Source: Setoptus koraiensis (lineage: Eukaryota; Animalia; Arthropoda). From it: DNA of 64,000 nucleotides. Position 1 is the first letter of the stretch; each line of letters begins with the position of its first letter. Made by a program: the position numbers and the translations under genes. Of the stretch, positions 11,763 through 25,523 are shown one piece after another. The notes below the pieces were generated by a model that saw only the letters and a program-made list of their open reading frames with translations, did not search any database and had not been told where the DNA came from. The stretch spans positions 18,600,001 through 18,664,000 of the forward strand of contig CM106585.1 in the NCBI GenBank assembly GCA_048013815.1. Reading direction: 5' to 3'.

Positions 11763-14061
11763 GCAACAACAGAATCAACACCAACAACATCCACCACAAG
11801 CCAGCACAAATGGGCCCCCTTACGGAATGGGGGGCGCCCAAGCGGCCCAATCAAATGTTGGCATGATTCCCATGCCTGCACATGCACACCAACGGGCGCG
11901 CCAACAATTGGCCCCTGGCAAATCTAACTCGTCGTCATTGGCTCCCCATAACAGATCGCCACATGTTGGCAATATATCTAGGCCACCTATAACTACGCCA
12001 CCCAATGTTGTTCTAGGATTCCCAGGTTTGAATCATCATGGTAGTGGCAGCAATACGTCCAGCAGTGCATCGCCTTCATTGGCGCAACAACACAATCACA
12101 AACAGGCACTAGAACAAAATAAACAACAGAACCAGGCACATCTATTGGAGATAACCAAACAAAACCAAGCGCAACTATTAGAATTAAATAAACAAACCCA
12201 TGCCCAATTGTTAGCACAGAAACAGGCCTCTGCTAAGCATACGCTACGCAAACAACTGGAGCGTACTCTGTTGCAACTAGCATCGCCACGGACCACAAGT
12301 AACGAAATCAATTTCATCCCCAATGGTAACAACCAAGAATTTGTCTATTACGTCGGATTAGAATCATGTGTTGATTATCTCACCTCAAAGCAGCCTTTAC
12401 AACATAAGCAACCACAACAACAAGATCCAAGCAACCAAGCTAATGATGAAAATCAAAATCAAGAAGAGCTAGTTCAACCACCTAAAAAGAATGGTTTAGT
12501 TAAAACAATCAATGGAAAACCATTGGAGTGCACACAATGTGGTACAGATTTCGCACCTACATGGCAATGGAAAGATCGCGACATGAGAAATAGTAAACTG
12601 AAGCCTTGGCCAAGTGAGTTATTCAATAATTGCTCGGATGGTAATATTAATAAAAAGCGATTACTCGCTGTTGTTTGTGAGAATTGCTCTAATGCGAATA
12701 TTAAGAAGGCAATTAAAACAGAGCACACGAGTAAAATAAAGCAAACTTTTGCTAGGGCCTTGAAACAGGAGCAAGAGATTGATCAGCGAATAGCAGCTGA
12801 GGCGGCGGCCTCTCCACCACCTTTGCCTACCACGCCGGTACATCAACAACATATGCAAATTCCAACTCCACCTCAACAGCAAATTACCCCACAACATCAT
12901 CGCCAATCCTCTTTTTCAAACTCATCACAACACCTTCGTCATTCAAACCAGCAATCGATGCGCGGTTCCCAAGCTATATCTGCCCAACATATGAACAATA
13001 ATCCTCTATCAGCTTCCGTGCAAGCATCCCAAGCATCATCTCTACTTGGACAAAACAACTTGTCAACGATGCAATCACTGGCCGCCTCTTTGAACAGCAC
13101 ACCTAACCACCTCCGTCACTCAAATCAGCAATCATTACACAATCAGCATCGCTCTCAAAACCAATCAGCTCAACACATGAATAACAATTTATTGTCATCT
13201 GCTTCGATGCAAGCCTCTCAGGCATCGTCTTTACTTGGGCAAGCAAATTTGTCTCCCCAAATGCAGACGTTCGCTGCTGTTTTAGCTGCTACGGCTGCAG
13301 CTGTTAATATAAGTCCATCCACTTTAGCATCGGTAGCTGGTCCCTTTTTAAGTCAATTAACTGCCAACCCCAATCAACAAATTAATCCATCACAATTGAA
13401 TTTCAATAATTTGTCTCTACCGATACCGAACGTTAGTGGTAATAACAGTTCATCAAGCCGCCGAGGCATGAGTCACTCATCTTCTGGGCACCAATCTAAC
13501 AATCATCAACACCATAAGAGATCATCGAACAATATGAATACTAGCCATCATCAAACAGGTGGACACAGGAGTTCATTATTGTTGTCTCAAAATCAACAGT
13601 CATCTTCGTCACTTCTAAATAATATCAATAATTTGACTCGCCTTCAGCAGTTGTCACAATCTTATCAAGGTGGAAACTCTCATCATAACAGTGGTATGAA
13701 TATCAGTGGTTCTTCCTCGTCATTAGATCATCCAATGCCTGCTCATGCACACCAGAGATCATCCAGGGGACATAGTAGAGGCGAACAACAGAACAGTAAT
13801 TCTTCTCATCGCGCTGAAAGAAATCACTCATCACACCAGCAATCAGCTCACCAATCAAATCCAATACCGGCCCATGGTAGACTTCCTCCGGGACTGTTTT
13901 CTCATACTCTACACAGTAGATCACCCCTAGTTGGTAATATGTCCAGACCACCGATAACAACCCCGCCCAATGTAGTGCTTGGTTGCCCGATGACTGATTT
14001 TAGAAATCTTGGTTCTAATTTGAACTCTCCTTCAAGTAGAAACGAAGGCAGGAATCATTGA
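11575..14061 (+). CDS. GATAD2: GATAD2A/B (p66, simjang) NuRD subunit; true start may lie in an upstream exon
   Basis: CR1 coiled coil RIKQLKLKLRNEEHRLILLKRLRLSQ, AKHTLRKQLERTLL...NFIP..NQEFVYYVGLE, and GATA-type finger CTQCGTDF...CENC followed by EHTSKIKQTFARALKQEQEI. Confidence 0.9.
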
Positions 14062-15446
14062 TAAGTTGACATAAACGAAGTTTATCATCTCACATCTGAT
14101 GCATATCTCACAAAGTTGAAGATTTTATTACCAGAACATTATATCTAAACACATGAATTATATGTTTTCAGCTAAACACATGCACATTAACTTATACTGA
14201 TGCCTTGACGATTAATTTAAACGATATTCTGATCTCCCCCGCCCCCTTCATTATCAGACCGTAGAGTCACACTGGTGATGCATACTTGGCCAGCTCTTAG
14301 TTAGATTGTGAAAGACAATCTTTCTCATTGTGTATTTTCAAGAATAAACAAATAAATTAAGACCTCTATGCCACATTAAGAGAATTAGTTATTGAAACAA
14401 AATTACGAGTGATGATCTTTTTGCCACCCAGCCAACACGAACAGAAAGTAAGTTTTTAGACTGGCATCAGACATGCCTCTGAGGGTTTCCTACAAACCTC
14501 CATAGGAAGTTTAACCCGGTCGGGTCATTCCAAATCGGGCCGGAGATAGCCTCGATAAGAGTTGTGATACAAGTGAGCTTGCAAAAGATAATGGCCAATA
14601 TGCTGTTAGCTTATGAACAGAATCTACTTTTTGAATATGTTCAAGTACATGCATCGTATCATTCAAATTGTCTAGTAGCCGGGTGCTGCATATGAAGGCT
14701 CCAATTTAGAGTATAGAATCCTGATTAATGAGCTCATATTTAACAGTCATATTAATCAACATGACATTCATTAAGATGTATGGAAATATGTGTTCACATT
14801 GTCTCGTCACAGATGAGACGATAATTTGAGTACATGATATCGATATCCTTATGTAGTCATAATCTATCATCGATTGTGACTATGTTTACTTTGAGCTTAT
14901 AGAGTGTTTTTATGGTTGCATAATAAGCCGATAAAGAGAGACAGAGAGACAGTAGAGCCTTACAATGTTGCCGCAGTGTTGCTATTAGTTGTAAGATAGT
15001 AGTATGTTCGAACAGTGGAGGAGTGTAGATAAGTAATGACTGATACGACAAAGCCAACAAGCAGGAACTTAACAATGAGACTACGGGAATTGAGAGAATT
15101 CTCGGAACGTAATCAAGAGAGAAAGTTAGTTCTTGTTAGTTTGACTGGATAGATGTGTATGTTCAGGTAAACAATTTTAAGTATCAGCAGGAACAGTTGT
15201 AATGAGTAGAATATTTCAAGACTTTCAACTTGCACGAGGTTCAGCAGCCTTTAGCATGTTTTTGTTGTTTGTTAGGTTAGTAGTAACCAACAACAACAAC
15301 CACAACCACAAGGCACAAAAATAGTAACAAGTTGTATGGAACGTTAACACTGGCACCAGCTTCATGTATTTATGATTCAAGCAACATTCAATGCCAAAAG
15401 AAACTAGCTGGCTAACCTGGCTTGCTCGCTGGATGACTGACTGGCA

Positions 15447-15534
<88 letters not shown>
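15447..15534 (+). repeat. (GGCT)22 tetranucleotide microsatellite
   Basis: Perfect tandem array read directly. Confidence 0.95.
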
Positions 15535-18500
15535 AGCTAGCTACATAATATTGTATTTATCATCCAATCTACGACGACAATGACGACATCGATGCCGATC
15601 ATGGCAGCAACTGAATGTGAGCTCAAAAGAGAGGAGAAAAAGAAAAAACAACTTTGCTGCTAGGCAAATAGAGTGCCAGTCGAGCAAAGGGATGCAATGA
15701 GATGCAATGAGGGGAACGAGCAAAGAAGGCAATCAAGTTGCTTGTTGGCTGACTCATAGAACTCACGGCCTGGGCCGGCTCGCAAAAGTAGCAATCGCAA
15801 CTAGCGGGCCTCTGTCTCGATCTGCTGCTCCATCCCGATACAGATTTTATACCTGATATCGGCCAATGAATGAGTGCAAACACCCTTTTACTCATATTTG
15901 CATATCTGGCAAGGATAGATCTACTTGTTTTGATTTTCTTCTGAGTGAGAGTAGATGCAAGCTGAACTGCAGCGGCAACTGCAGCTGAAGTGAAGCCAGT
16001 GGAAGTGATTCTTAGAGAGATATGAAAAGTTGATTATCAGCAGCAGCAGCAACAACAACAAGTGACAATATCCAGCTATACAAACACACTTGTCGAGCAG
16101 TGTGTGTTTGTGTAAAATATCAACTAATTAGCTATTAGTCAGTGATTAGCGATCACCTTCACCTATTATCTGACGTTCAAGCGAATTGTTTACGCGCGTC
16201 AATTATCGCCTGCAAACCGATTGTTGAGCCAGCGAATATTGAGCCGACAAATATTGAGCCGGCAAATATCGAGCCGGCAGCCGATCGGGCAAAAGCAGCA
16301 GACAGTCGGAGCGAGCCAGGCTAGTGAGAGTGGAAGTATTGATGCGATGCTTCCTCGTGATAAGACAGCCAGATACTGCCAATGGTGTTGTGATAATTAG
16401 TTGTTGATCTATTGATATGTCTATTGGTATGTGTGTCAGAGGATTTAAAATGCTTATTAATTAATAAAAAGGAATTTAGATACACATTAACACACGCACA
16501 ACAATTATTGAATGACTTGACTGGATAAACTGTTGCTATTAATAATAATATCTGTAGCTGATTATTATCAATTCGGACCCAATATTGAACAATCAATAAC
16601 AACAAGCCGGGGAGTGTTTGTTTTTGTTGTGTTCATGAATCATGATCGGATTGGCATTTGGCAAACTGAGACTAATCATTCATTATGCTTCACTATACGC
16701 TAAAAGCAACCATAACTAGTGCATTATCTAGCCAGCCGTTCTATTTTAGTAGTGATCGGACGCTTTTAGTTAGTTAGTTTTGTGAGTAGTCGAGAGAGAC
16801 TAGTCAAATTAACCCACTATAAGCCGTATGTATGTGTTGTGAGCGAGATGGTGACGGTCCATAAATACCTGCACCAAATCAAATCATCATTACTGGCCGT
16901 GAACAGCGCCAGCAGCCACTAATCACCGCTACAACTATATTGTTGTTGCTGGAAACAAACCAATTAATGCATTTTGTATTTTCATTATTCACCTGTTGTT
17001 GTGTTTACAGTTTTCAGTAGCGCCAATGTTGCATGTTAGTTGTCGATGGCTGTATGGCTGTTGTTCGCTTTCGCTCTAGCCAATGCTAACAAAATTGTTA
17101 GTTAGACGATTGGCTTGTCAGAGACAAATGGCTAAATGATAACGTTTATTGGCTAGGCGCCGGCGATGTTATTGTTGTAGTCGTCGTCGTCGTCGTCGTC
17201 GTCATCGTCGCTGCTGTTGCTGTTGTTATGGCAATTGTTGCAAGAGCAGCGAACGAAAGGCGCTGAAAGTTGCTCATGCAACACCCCAAATACCAGCAAA
17301 TAATCTGATAAGCCCATAAGCCGCCGCCAGCAAGCTAGCTGCACAACCGTTTCGCCGTCATCTGGTTTGGCTAGTCGTCGGGGAGAGACCCAACGAGCGA
17401 GCGGCTAGTACAGAGGCGAATTATCACGGTGAGAGTTATTGTGTTGCCTCCATTGTTGTTGCCAGTTGTTGTAGTCGTCGTTGCTGTTGTTGTTGTTGTT
17501 GTTGTTGTTGTTGGGAGTTCCCAGAACACAACAGCGACGACAGGTTGTATCGCGTCGACGACAAACGCCGACGATCGCTGCTGAAGATGCCGATGTTGTC
17601 GCTGGCTGTCTCCTGAAGCAAACACTGCGATCTTGTGTAATTGTGTATTTGGAGAGTGTTTCTCCCTTTCAGTTGAAGCCAACGACAGCAACAACAACAA
17701 CAACGACAACGACAACGACAACAACAAGACTACTTTGCATCAACAACAGCACGTCTAGCCAGATATTGTATGATGTTATATTGTTGTAGTCGCGTGCTTG
17801 TTGTGTTTGATTGCCAGTGTTTGATTGTTTGTGCCGACTGTGTATCGCCAACTGACAATTGTGCGAGGTGAAAACTGCGATTTATTTATAAACTTATTTA
17901 TAAACTCTCACTTATGAAATACCCAGCGTAAAACCACTGTCTGCCGGTAGCAGGCAGCAGTGATGCTATCACACTAGCAAGCCGTTACACCTGTTGGCGC
18001 TGTCGTTGCTGTCGTTGGCCTCTAATCTATTATTGTTGTTGTTGTTGTTGTTGTAGCTAGGGCTGTTGCAACATCAACAACAACATGGTAGCTCACTGGC
18101 AAGCTGATCAGCGCGCGCGCTAAAGATGCTACCGAGTTGAGCGGAGTCGACTCGACGACGAGAGAATTGCCTAGCTCACTGCATGCCTGTAGCGGCTGTT
18201 GTTGTTTGTCGTGTGTTGCATAATCGCGTAGCTGTTGACACGGCCATTTGTTGTTGTTTGCTCCCTCTTTGCGCATTGGCCAATTGTGGTTACGTAGGCA
18301 ATCAATTGTGACGCAATCAGCATTGTTCGTCGGCTTTGTTGACCATTATCGGCCGTGCTAGTCGAGATCAACGTGAGCTGGCGTTTGTTTGTAATTTACA
18401 CGTAACAGCGACAACAACAGCAGCAACAACAACAACAGTTGAATAAATAGTGCATGCCAATTGCGCACAACAGTCCGCTACGAGCGTGCTCGATTCGCAA

Positions 18501-19386
18501 CAACAGCAACAGCAGCAGCAACAACAATGACAACGACAACAACAGCGACAACAACGACATCGACATCGACGAAAACGCTCGCGAAGACAAATGTGCCAAG
18601 AGCAACATTGTTGCACGTGATGATGATTGTAACAGTCGACGTCATCGTCATCACGAGAGATGCCAATCACATGACGGAATCAACCTGTTTCATCTTGATC
18701 GCTTGGCGTCGTGCTGTGCCGGTGCCTTGTGCGGCGCTGATTAGCCAGCACATATCTAGCCAGCCGTCAACCATCTATAGCTGGCTGGCTGGCTAGCCAG
18801 CTAGTTAACAGTGGCTAGTTAGTGAGCCCGGCAAGTGGCAACCGGCAAGCACCAAGGACGCTGACACACTAATTAGTAGTTTAGTTACAGTAACTGGCCG
18901 GCAGGCAGCTCGGCATTGAAGGTGAAGCTGGCAGCGAGTCACTAGTTACTGCCTGTTACTGGCAATAGGAGCTACGACAAACAACAATGCTACAAATGTA
19001 TGATCAATCGAGGTCGCGCAAGCGGAAACGGCACTGCCGATGGGGGCCCCGATGTGTCAGGCGAGTGATCGATGGGACAGGTTGCCGGTTTTGGTGCAGC
19101 TGGGCATGCCAGATCAAATGAGATGATATGAGATAAAACGAGATAAAATCAGATCAGCCAAGCAATAAGGAATCGAATGTGAATAGGAATATAATGAAGT
19201 GTCGTTATCGAAGTGCCAAATTGGCCACAGGCGACGCTGCCAGAATGGCCCGTTTGTGCATTTATTGCGCCGTGCATCGCCGCTCATTGATTTTCATCAT
19301 ACTGACATTGTGAGTTGACATTGAGTTGATACGGATCAACGGCCCGTGGACGTGCCACTCAAGTGCCCCCATTTTCGTTGGGCACC

Positions 19387-19499
19387 AACCCGACGAACCC
19401 GGCAAACCCGACGAACCCGACGAACCCGACGAACCCGACAAACCCGACAAACCCGACAAACCCGACAAACCCGGCAAACCCGACAAACCCGACAAACCC
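19387..19499 (+). repeat. 9-bp minisatellite (AACCCGACA/G), about 12.5 copies
   Basis: Units aacccgacg, aacccgaca and aacccggca read directly. Confidence 0.95.
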
Positions 19500-21476
19500 A
19501 AATCCCTGTGCCGCCTCGGGTAGCTGTTGGTTAGATTTCTCTGGCGTTTGTGCCGACTGGTGGCCGACCGGTGGCCGACTGGCGGCGAGCTCGATGGCCA
19601 GCGACCAGTGTAGACACGTTGAGAGATTACAAGCCAGCAGATTGTGTAAGTGGCCGGCCAGCGGTCGAGTGGAGCGCCGGTTGCGGCGCTGGCGTGATGG
19701 GGCCCTCGCGGCGGAAAGCGCAAATAATTGTAAAAAATTAAAAAATTGCAATTAATTGGCCGCAAGTGTAACATTGTTTGCAATTAATTGCAAATAGTTG
19801 CAATTATTGCAGCAATTATTCTAACAAGCGACCGCTAGCTGATGTTAGCACAACACTTGACAATATATAACATAATATATCTGTTGTGCAGTCAGTGAAT
19901 TACAGTGTATGTGTCGCGTTGTGCGTGTGTGTCGTTGCAAACAGCAACAGTTGTTTGCACGATTGTAGCAATTGTTTGTCTGTCGGCAGTGGGCAGTGGG
20001 CAGTGGGCAGTGGGTAGTCAGCTGACCGCTGTCCACTGTTCGGCCGATCCGACAATTGCGAGTCACGGAAGAGGCCACGCAAAGGTCACCGAGTCAACAC
20101 TATACACACTGTAGAGTCTAGTATTGAGTGTATTGAGCGTGCTGTGGCGCACAATGATTTTTTATTTGCAACTTATTGCGCAATAACACCCACCAACAGT
20201 GAGTTGGTGGTGAGTGGCCGCTGGCCAGCGTGTGCGTTGCGCAATAACGCAATAATAACGCAATAACAACGCGCTATAAATAGACTATTTAATAGACTGC
20301 ACTGACTGCCTAATGAGCTACCAGTCGTTACCTAAGCAGCAACAGGTGGCTCACCTTTGCGAGCTGGCACAAGCTTGCCAAGCCGACGGTTTGTGCCGGC
20401 TCGCAATTGGTGCCAATTTGCAAACGAAGCGACGAGCTAGCCAAAGAACGAGAAGAAGAAGAAGCGACTGCTCTATTGGCTCAACTCACAAGCGACTTGA
20501 GCCAATGGAGGAAGCCAGCGCAACAATGTTAACAATGTTGTGCGCTCATTGTGCGCAACGAAAGCAAAAAGTGGCTCGGTCAGCGACGACAAGCCAGCGA
20601 CGGCAAGCCAGCGACGGCAAGCCAGCGACGAGAAAGCGCTTGAATATCCGAATTGAAAGCGATCGCATGTGTTTGTTGCCACTTGTAACCATTTGCTCAA
20701 TATCTCAATCTTGTCAATGGTCAGTGGCTGCAGTCGGCCGGCCACAACTGGCCAGAGTCGGTCGATCGGTGGCAGTCGTTGATGTAGTTGTTGGTGCTGT
20801 TGTTGTCGTTGTTGCTGCCGCTGTTGTTGTTGCTGTAGTTGTTGTTGTTGCTGTCGTTGTTGTTGGCGACCCACAAGCGCCAACAACGCGACCGAGCAGC
20901 GGCCGACAACGACACACAACGAGCGCTCTGTCGCTCTGTTCAACACAGTCTGTTGTTGTCAATGTGGCAGTTAAAGGCCACTCTGGGCGGCTCGCCAGGC
21001 CGGCCAACAGCCAAGCGAATGGCCGCTGGCCGCTGAATAGTTTACCTGTCTATTGAACTTGGCTCCTTTCGATGCGAGCTGCGGCTCGCTCACAGCGGCC
21101 GGCCAGCGGGCCGCCGACAACCGCGCCGGCCACCGACGGCTCGCTGACGCTGACCGGCCCGCAATGTGCAATTGCGTGGCGTAACAGCGCCAGCGCCAGC
21201 AACTAATTAAATATCGCCATTACGTCTGACAGTTTGCCGGTCAGTTGGGCCAGCGCGTCCAGTTTGGTGTGTGCTGTCTCGCGGCGCCGTCTCACGGGCG
21301 CTGTCTTGCGAGTTGCGAGTCGCAACACTGTCCGTGTGTCGCTGTTGACGGCCGGCCCGTCGGCCGGCCGGACGCGAGACGACACGGGAGCCCGGCACAA
21401 GGTGAGCTCGGGCGCACCGTGGCTCGCATGAGGCTCGCACAAGGCTCGAATTGGGACCAAAACGGCCGGTGCAAAC

Positions 21477-21504
21477 TGTCGAAACACTGGCCAGTGTTTC
21501 GACA
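21477..21504. repeat. Perfect 28-bp palindrome
   Basis: TGTCGAAACACTGG|CCAGTGTTTCGACA; explains why KHWPVFRQF appears in ORFs on both strands. Confidence 0.97.
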
Positions 21505-24215
21505 ATTCCGATTATCGGAATCCGACGCTCTCCAGACTCTGGAATCCAGAGTTGGCATTGAATCTCGCCGCTCGCTGGCCGCCGCCGCTCGCTGGCTGCG
21601 CGTTGTCGCCAGTTGGCATTGGAATTCCGATTTGAATTGATTGCCGTGAATGGGATTGACACACACACACACACTCTCGCCAAGGTAGAAAAACAAACAC
21701 ACACCCTTGGCAAGCCAGAAACGCACACAAAGTAACAGATGAGAGCTGCAACCAGAATCTGCGAGCAAACAGCGCAACCTCGCTCGCCAGCGCAACGCTC
21801 GCAGAGCACTCATAACGGTCACACATTAATTAATATTAATTGTTAATTGTGACATTGCAACCAGAGCAGCGCCAGCAGCGCCAAAGTTTATCAGCGGATG
21901 AACTAAAGTGCTTTCGCGAATCTGCCGAGCGAGCGAGAGAGAGAGAGCGAGAGAGCGAGCGAGAGCAACGTCTTGTCGGTGTCGGCACTAACGGTTGCCG
22001 ACAGTTTTGTGTGTCAGGGTGACGCAATGCGAAGCGACCAAAGTGAAGGCGGCCAGCGATAAACAAGAGCGATAAACAGGGCACACAAACAACGGACAAA
22101 CAACGGACAAACGGCGGACAGACGACGGACAAACAGCGGACAAACAACGGATAAATGGCAACGACCAGACCAAGGGCCAGACTGACTTGCCGGCAGCGCG
22201 AGCCACACATCGCACTCTGTGTCGGCTGTGTCGTCGCTGGCAGCCATAAGCGAATGCTAATGCACAATAAATAATTGATATTATTTCAGCTCAGCTCGGC
22301 CCGGCTCGCCGAGCGTCAGCCGAGAGCCGTCCGAGAGCCAGCCGAGAGCCAGCTGAGAGCATCCAGTCTTGCCACCGACTGTCACTGCGTGTTGTCGCTG
22401 GCTGTCATTGTTGTCGCTGGCCGTCATTGTTGTCGCAATTGTTGGCTCTTTGTCGTCATAACGCGCTCGCTAGTTGGCTCCTCCGTGCGCGCACGTGGCG
22501 CCCTCGATCGCATCAGGCGGCCCTCAGCTGCACTACGCGGCCCTCGGTTATCATAGCCGGGTTATGTAATAGGTGGCCGTCGTTTGCATCACGCGGCCGC
22601 TCGTCGCCAGGAGCCCGTCAGCTCGCCAGGGTCTCACAGGGCGGCCGGCAGGTGGACAGATGTAACTGTCAATCAGCTCATTCACAGGTGAACGCAGCTA
22701 ATTCACGGACAAACGCAGCTCATTCGCGGACAAGCGCAGCTGATTCATAGGTGACAGCCAGTGACAATTGATGACCGGCAAGTGGACAGCTGATCGTCGG
22801 GTATCACCAACTGGCAGCGGGCTGGTGCCCGCTCGCCGGTAGCGGGTAGCTGATCGCCGGTCGGCCCGATCAGTGATCGCAATTGCGGAATCGCAGATCG
22901 GCGAATCGGCAGATCGGCGGATAATTTATTTGCGAGTATAACAACAATCTATTAGAGATAATACACAGACACAGGCGGGCGACATTGTCTGCTCAACGTG
23001 ATTCAATGCGCGCGGCTTATAACGAAAAGTGTATTTATATATCCTTTATTCATCTGAGTGGCGTCGCATGTCAGCTTGCAACAATCAGCGCGATACCATT
23101 ACGATGCTTGTCGGCTCGCCGGCTCGTTCAAGGCTAACAGATAAGACTAACCGACTAACAGTGCCATTGACAACAAGTGTTTGTTCTGCCAGCGAGCGGC
23201 TTCTTTCCTCTTGCAGCTCGCCGTTTGCTTTCACTTTTCGCTTTTATTTTGAATCATTTAATTTCATTTTATCATCATTTCAATTCGCATTACGTGTGTT
23301 TGCATTCATTGCGCCCATTTTGCGCTCGCTGCGTCGATTCATTCAGCGTCGCCGAGACGCGCTCGCCGAGCTCAACCCTTTCGTTCCAATCGCTCGCACA
23401 ATCACTCACAATTTGTGAGTCGCAAACCGCAAATCGCAACCGTCTCGCCGCCGCCGCCAGACAACACAAACATCACTTTAAACTCATCAGTACGAATCAT
23501 TGTAAATCACCGTCCGGCGTTTTGCACTGGCTCGACAGTCAAAATGCCGCAGTCTGGCGATTTCGAGAGGCTCGCCGGCCGAGCAGATCGAGCGCATCAA
23601 TTGGGCCAATCATGCGACACGCGGGGCACAAACCTGGTGGCCGATTGTTGCGGGCAACGGATAAATTGGCAACAAGTCGCTGTTTCTGTCTCCTCCGGCC
23701 CGTCGCGTCCTGCGGCCCGTCGCGTCCCCCGGCCCGTCGCGTCCCCCGGCCCGTCGCGTCTCCCATGGCCGCCGCGTGTCGCTCGCTTGGCGCGTCTCCC
23801 ATGGCTTGTGTGCGTCTCCCATGGCTCGAGAGCAGCGACAGCAAACGTGACAGAGGCGCTCGCTGGCCCGCTCGGTTGTGTGCCTTGGCCGGCTTGGCGT
23901 TCAGTCAACGAGCAGGAAAAAATTGTTGCAAATAGAGAGCGAGAGTCGCTTGTAATTCAAATGATCGCGATAATGGATAAAAAGTCGCTCGCTGCTCGTT
24001 GTCGCTTGGGTTGGCGCTGATCCGCGAACCGCTGGCGTCTAATTCGCGCGAATCGTACACATTTTCAACCTGAGCGAAGCTATGCGAACAAAGCGAAAAT
24101 TAACAACAATTTAATGAGTGATTAATTGATGCTCAGCGAGTTGCCGTCGCCACTCGCCGAGCCGCCATTGTCCAACATTGTTTCTGTCAGTGACGTTGTC
24201 GGCGGGCCGGCTAAC

Positions 24216-24249
24216 CTAGACCGGGCCGGGCCGGGCCGGCCCGGTCTAG
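24216..24249. repeat. Inverted repeat, 14-bp arms with 6-nt spacer
   Basis: CTAGACCGGGCCGG-gccggg-CCGGCCCGGTCTAG. Confidence 0.9.
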
Positions 24250-25393
24250 ATTAGCGGCTAGATTAGTGGCCACTCGCGCGGGCCGCTAATGATAGCAGAG
24301 CAAACCGATGAAAGTGAGCGCACCAATAAAAGTCGCTCGCCTGAATTATCTGGCCGCGCTGCGTTTATCGGTTTTATCGTGTTTGCGTCGGTCGTTTATG
24401 AACTGCCATGAATGGGAAACATAAATGCATAATAATAAAACACAAAAACAAAAATATGGCAAGAATGTAAAAATATGTGCGAGACAGCGCGCAAAAACGT
24501 GCAAAAATGGGAAAAGTGTAAAAATATCACAATCACTTTGCGTATGAATACAAAATGGCAACAGTGCACAAACTTTGGCTACAATGGCCGCACAATGGTG
24601 CCGACACAAGCAACCGTCTGAGCGCCGATCCAATGACAGGCGGCCAATTAAACACGCCAATTCGCTCATTATCTGTCTATTATCTGTCTATCGGGCCGGC
24701 TCGTCGTGGGCTAGGCCGACAGGCGACGAGCGGCTGACGGCTGGCGGCGCTGGCATGCGCGAACACAAGCCGCCACAAATATCATATTTGAAATACGATA
24801 AAAATAAATTTTTATGGTATTTTATTTTTTTAATTTCGACCGCTTTGTTTTCGGCCTCCTCGCCGTCGGCCCGGCGGTTCGTTCAGTCTTGCGGCGGCCG
24901 TTCGCCGGGCCGCCCGCCCGACCGCTGGCCCGGCCGCTCAGCTGACTCCGTCGCCCGACAAGCGTGAGAGCCGAATGTTGGCACCTTGTCGCCGGGCACA
25001 GGTGCTGACATTCGAGCCGAGCCGAGCGATAAATGCCAATAGCTTCGGCCGGCCACGCTGGCACCTATGCAAATTGGGCCCAGCGAGAGCAAACAACGGC
25101 GACAATCACGTGACGTCGGCGCGGCAAACAATGGCATATCGCACCACATACGCATGCGGTCGGGTAAACATGCGGTCGGGCAAACATGCCTGTCGAGCCT
25201 CTGTTTGCCTTGCTCTCGCCCCATTCGCCTTAGTTGGCCTGACAGCGACCTACTTGTCGCGCTTGTCGCACTTGTCGCCACTGTTGCGACTGCGGCCCCC
25301 GACGCCACAACCCGACGCAAATCGACGCACGCCGACGCACGCCGACGCATGCCGACGTGAGCCGACGCAAGCTGCGAGAACACCCCGGCCACC

Positions 25394-25400
25394 TATAAAT
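25394..25400 (+). promoter_or_regulatory. Candidate TATA box for the secreted acidic ORF
   Basis: TATAAAT in an otherwise GC-rich context, 130 nt upstream of ATG 25524. Confidence 0.45.
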
Positions 25401-25523
25401 AGCGACGGCTCGGCGCGCTGGCCCGTCACACTAACACACCGATCACTTGCACGCATTATCGATCGAAGCGTCGGATAAATCAAATTTGGCCCCATTTTCA
25501 GTTACCCGATTGAAGCAGCTACA

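Noticed and set aside
20275-21056. TATAAATAG followed by a 247-aa ORF
   Set aside because: The ATG is too close to the TATA box for a normal leader and the protein is repeat-derived; a non-coding promoter cannot be excluded.
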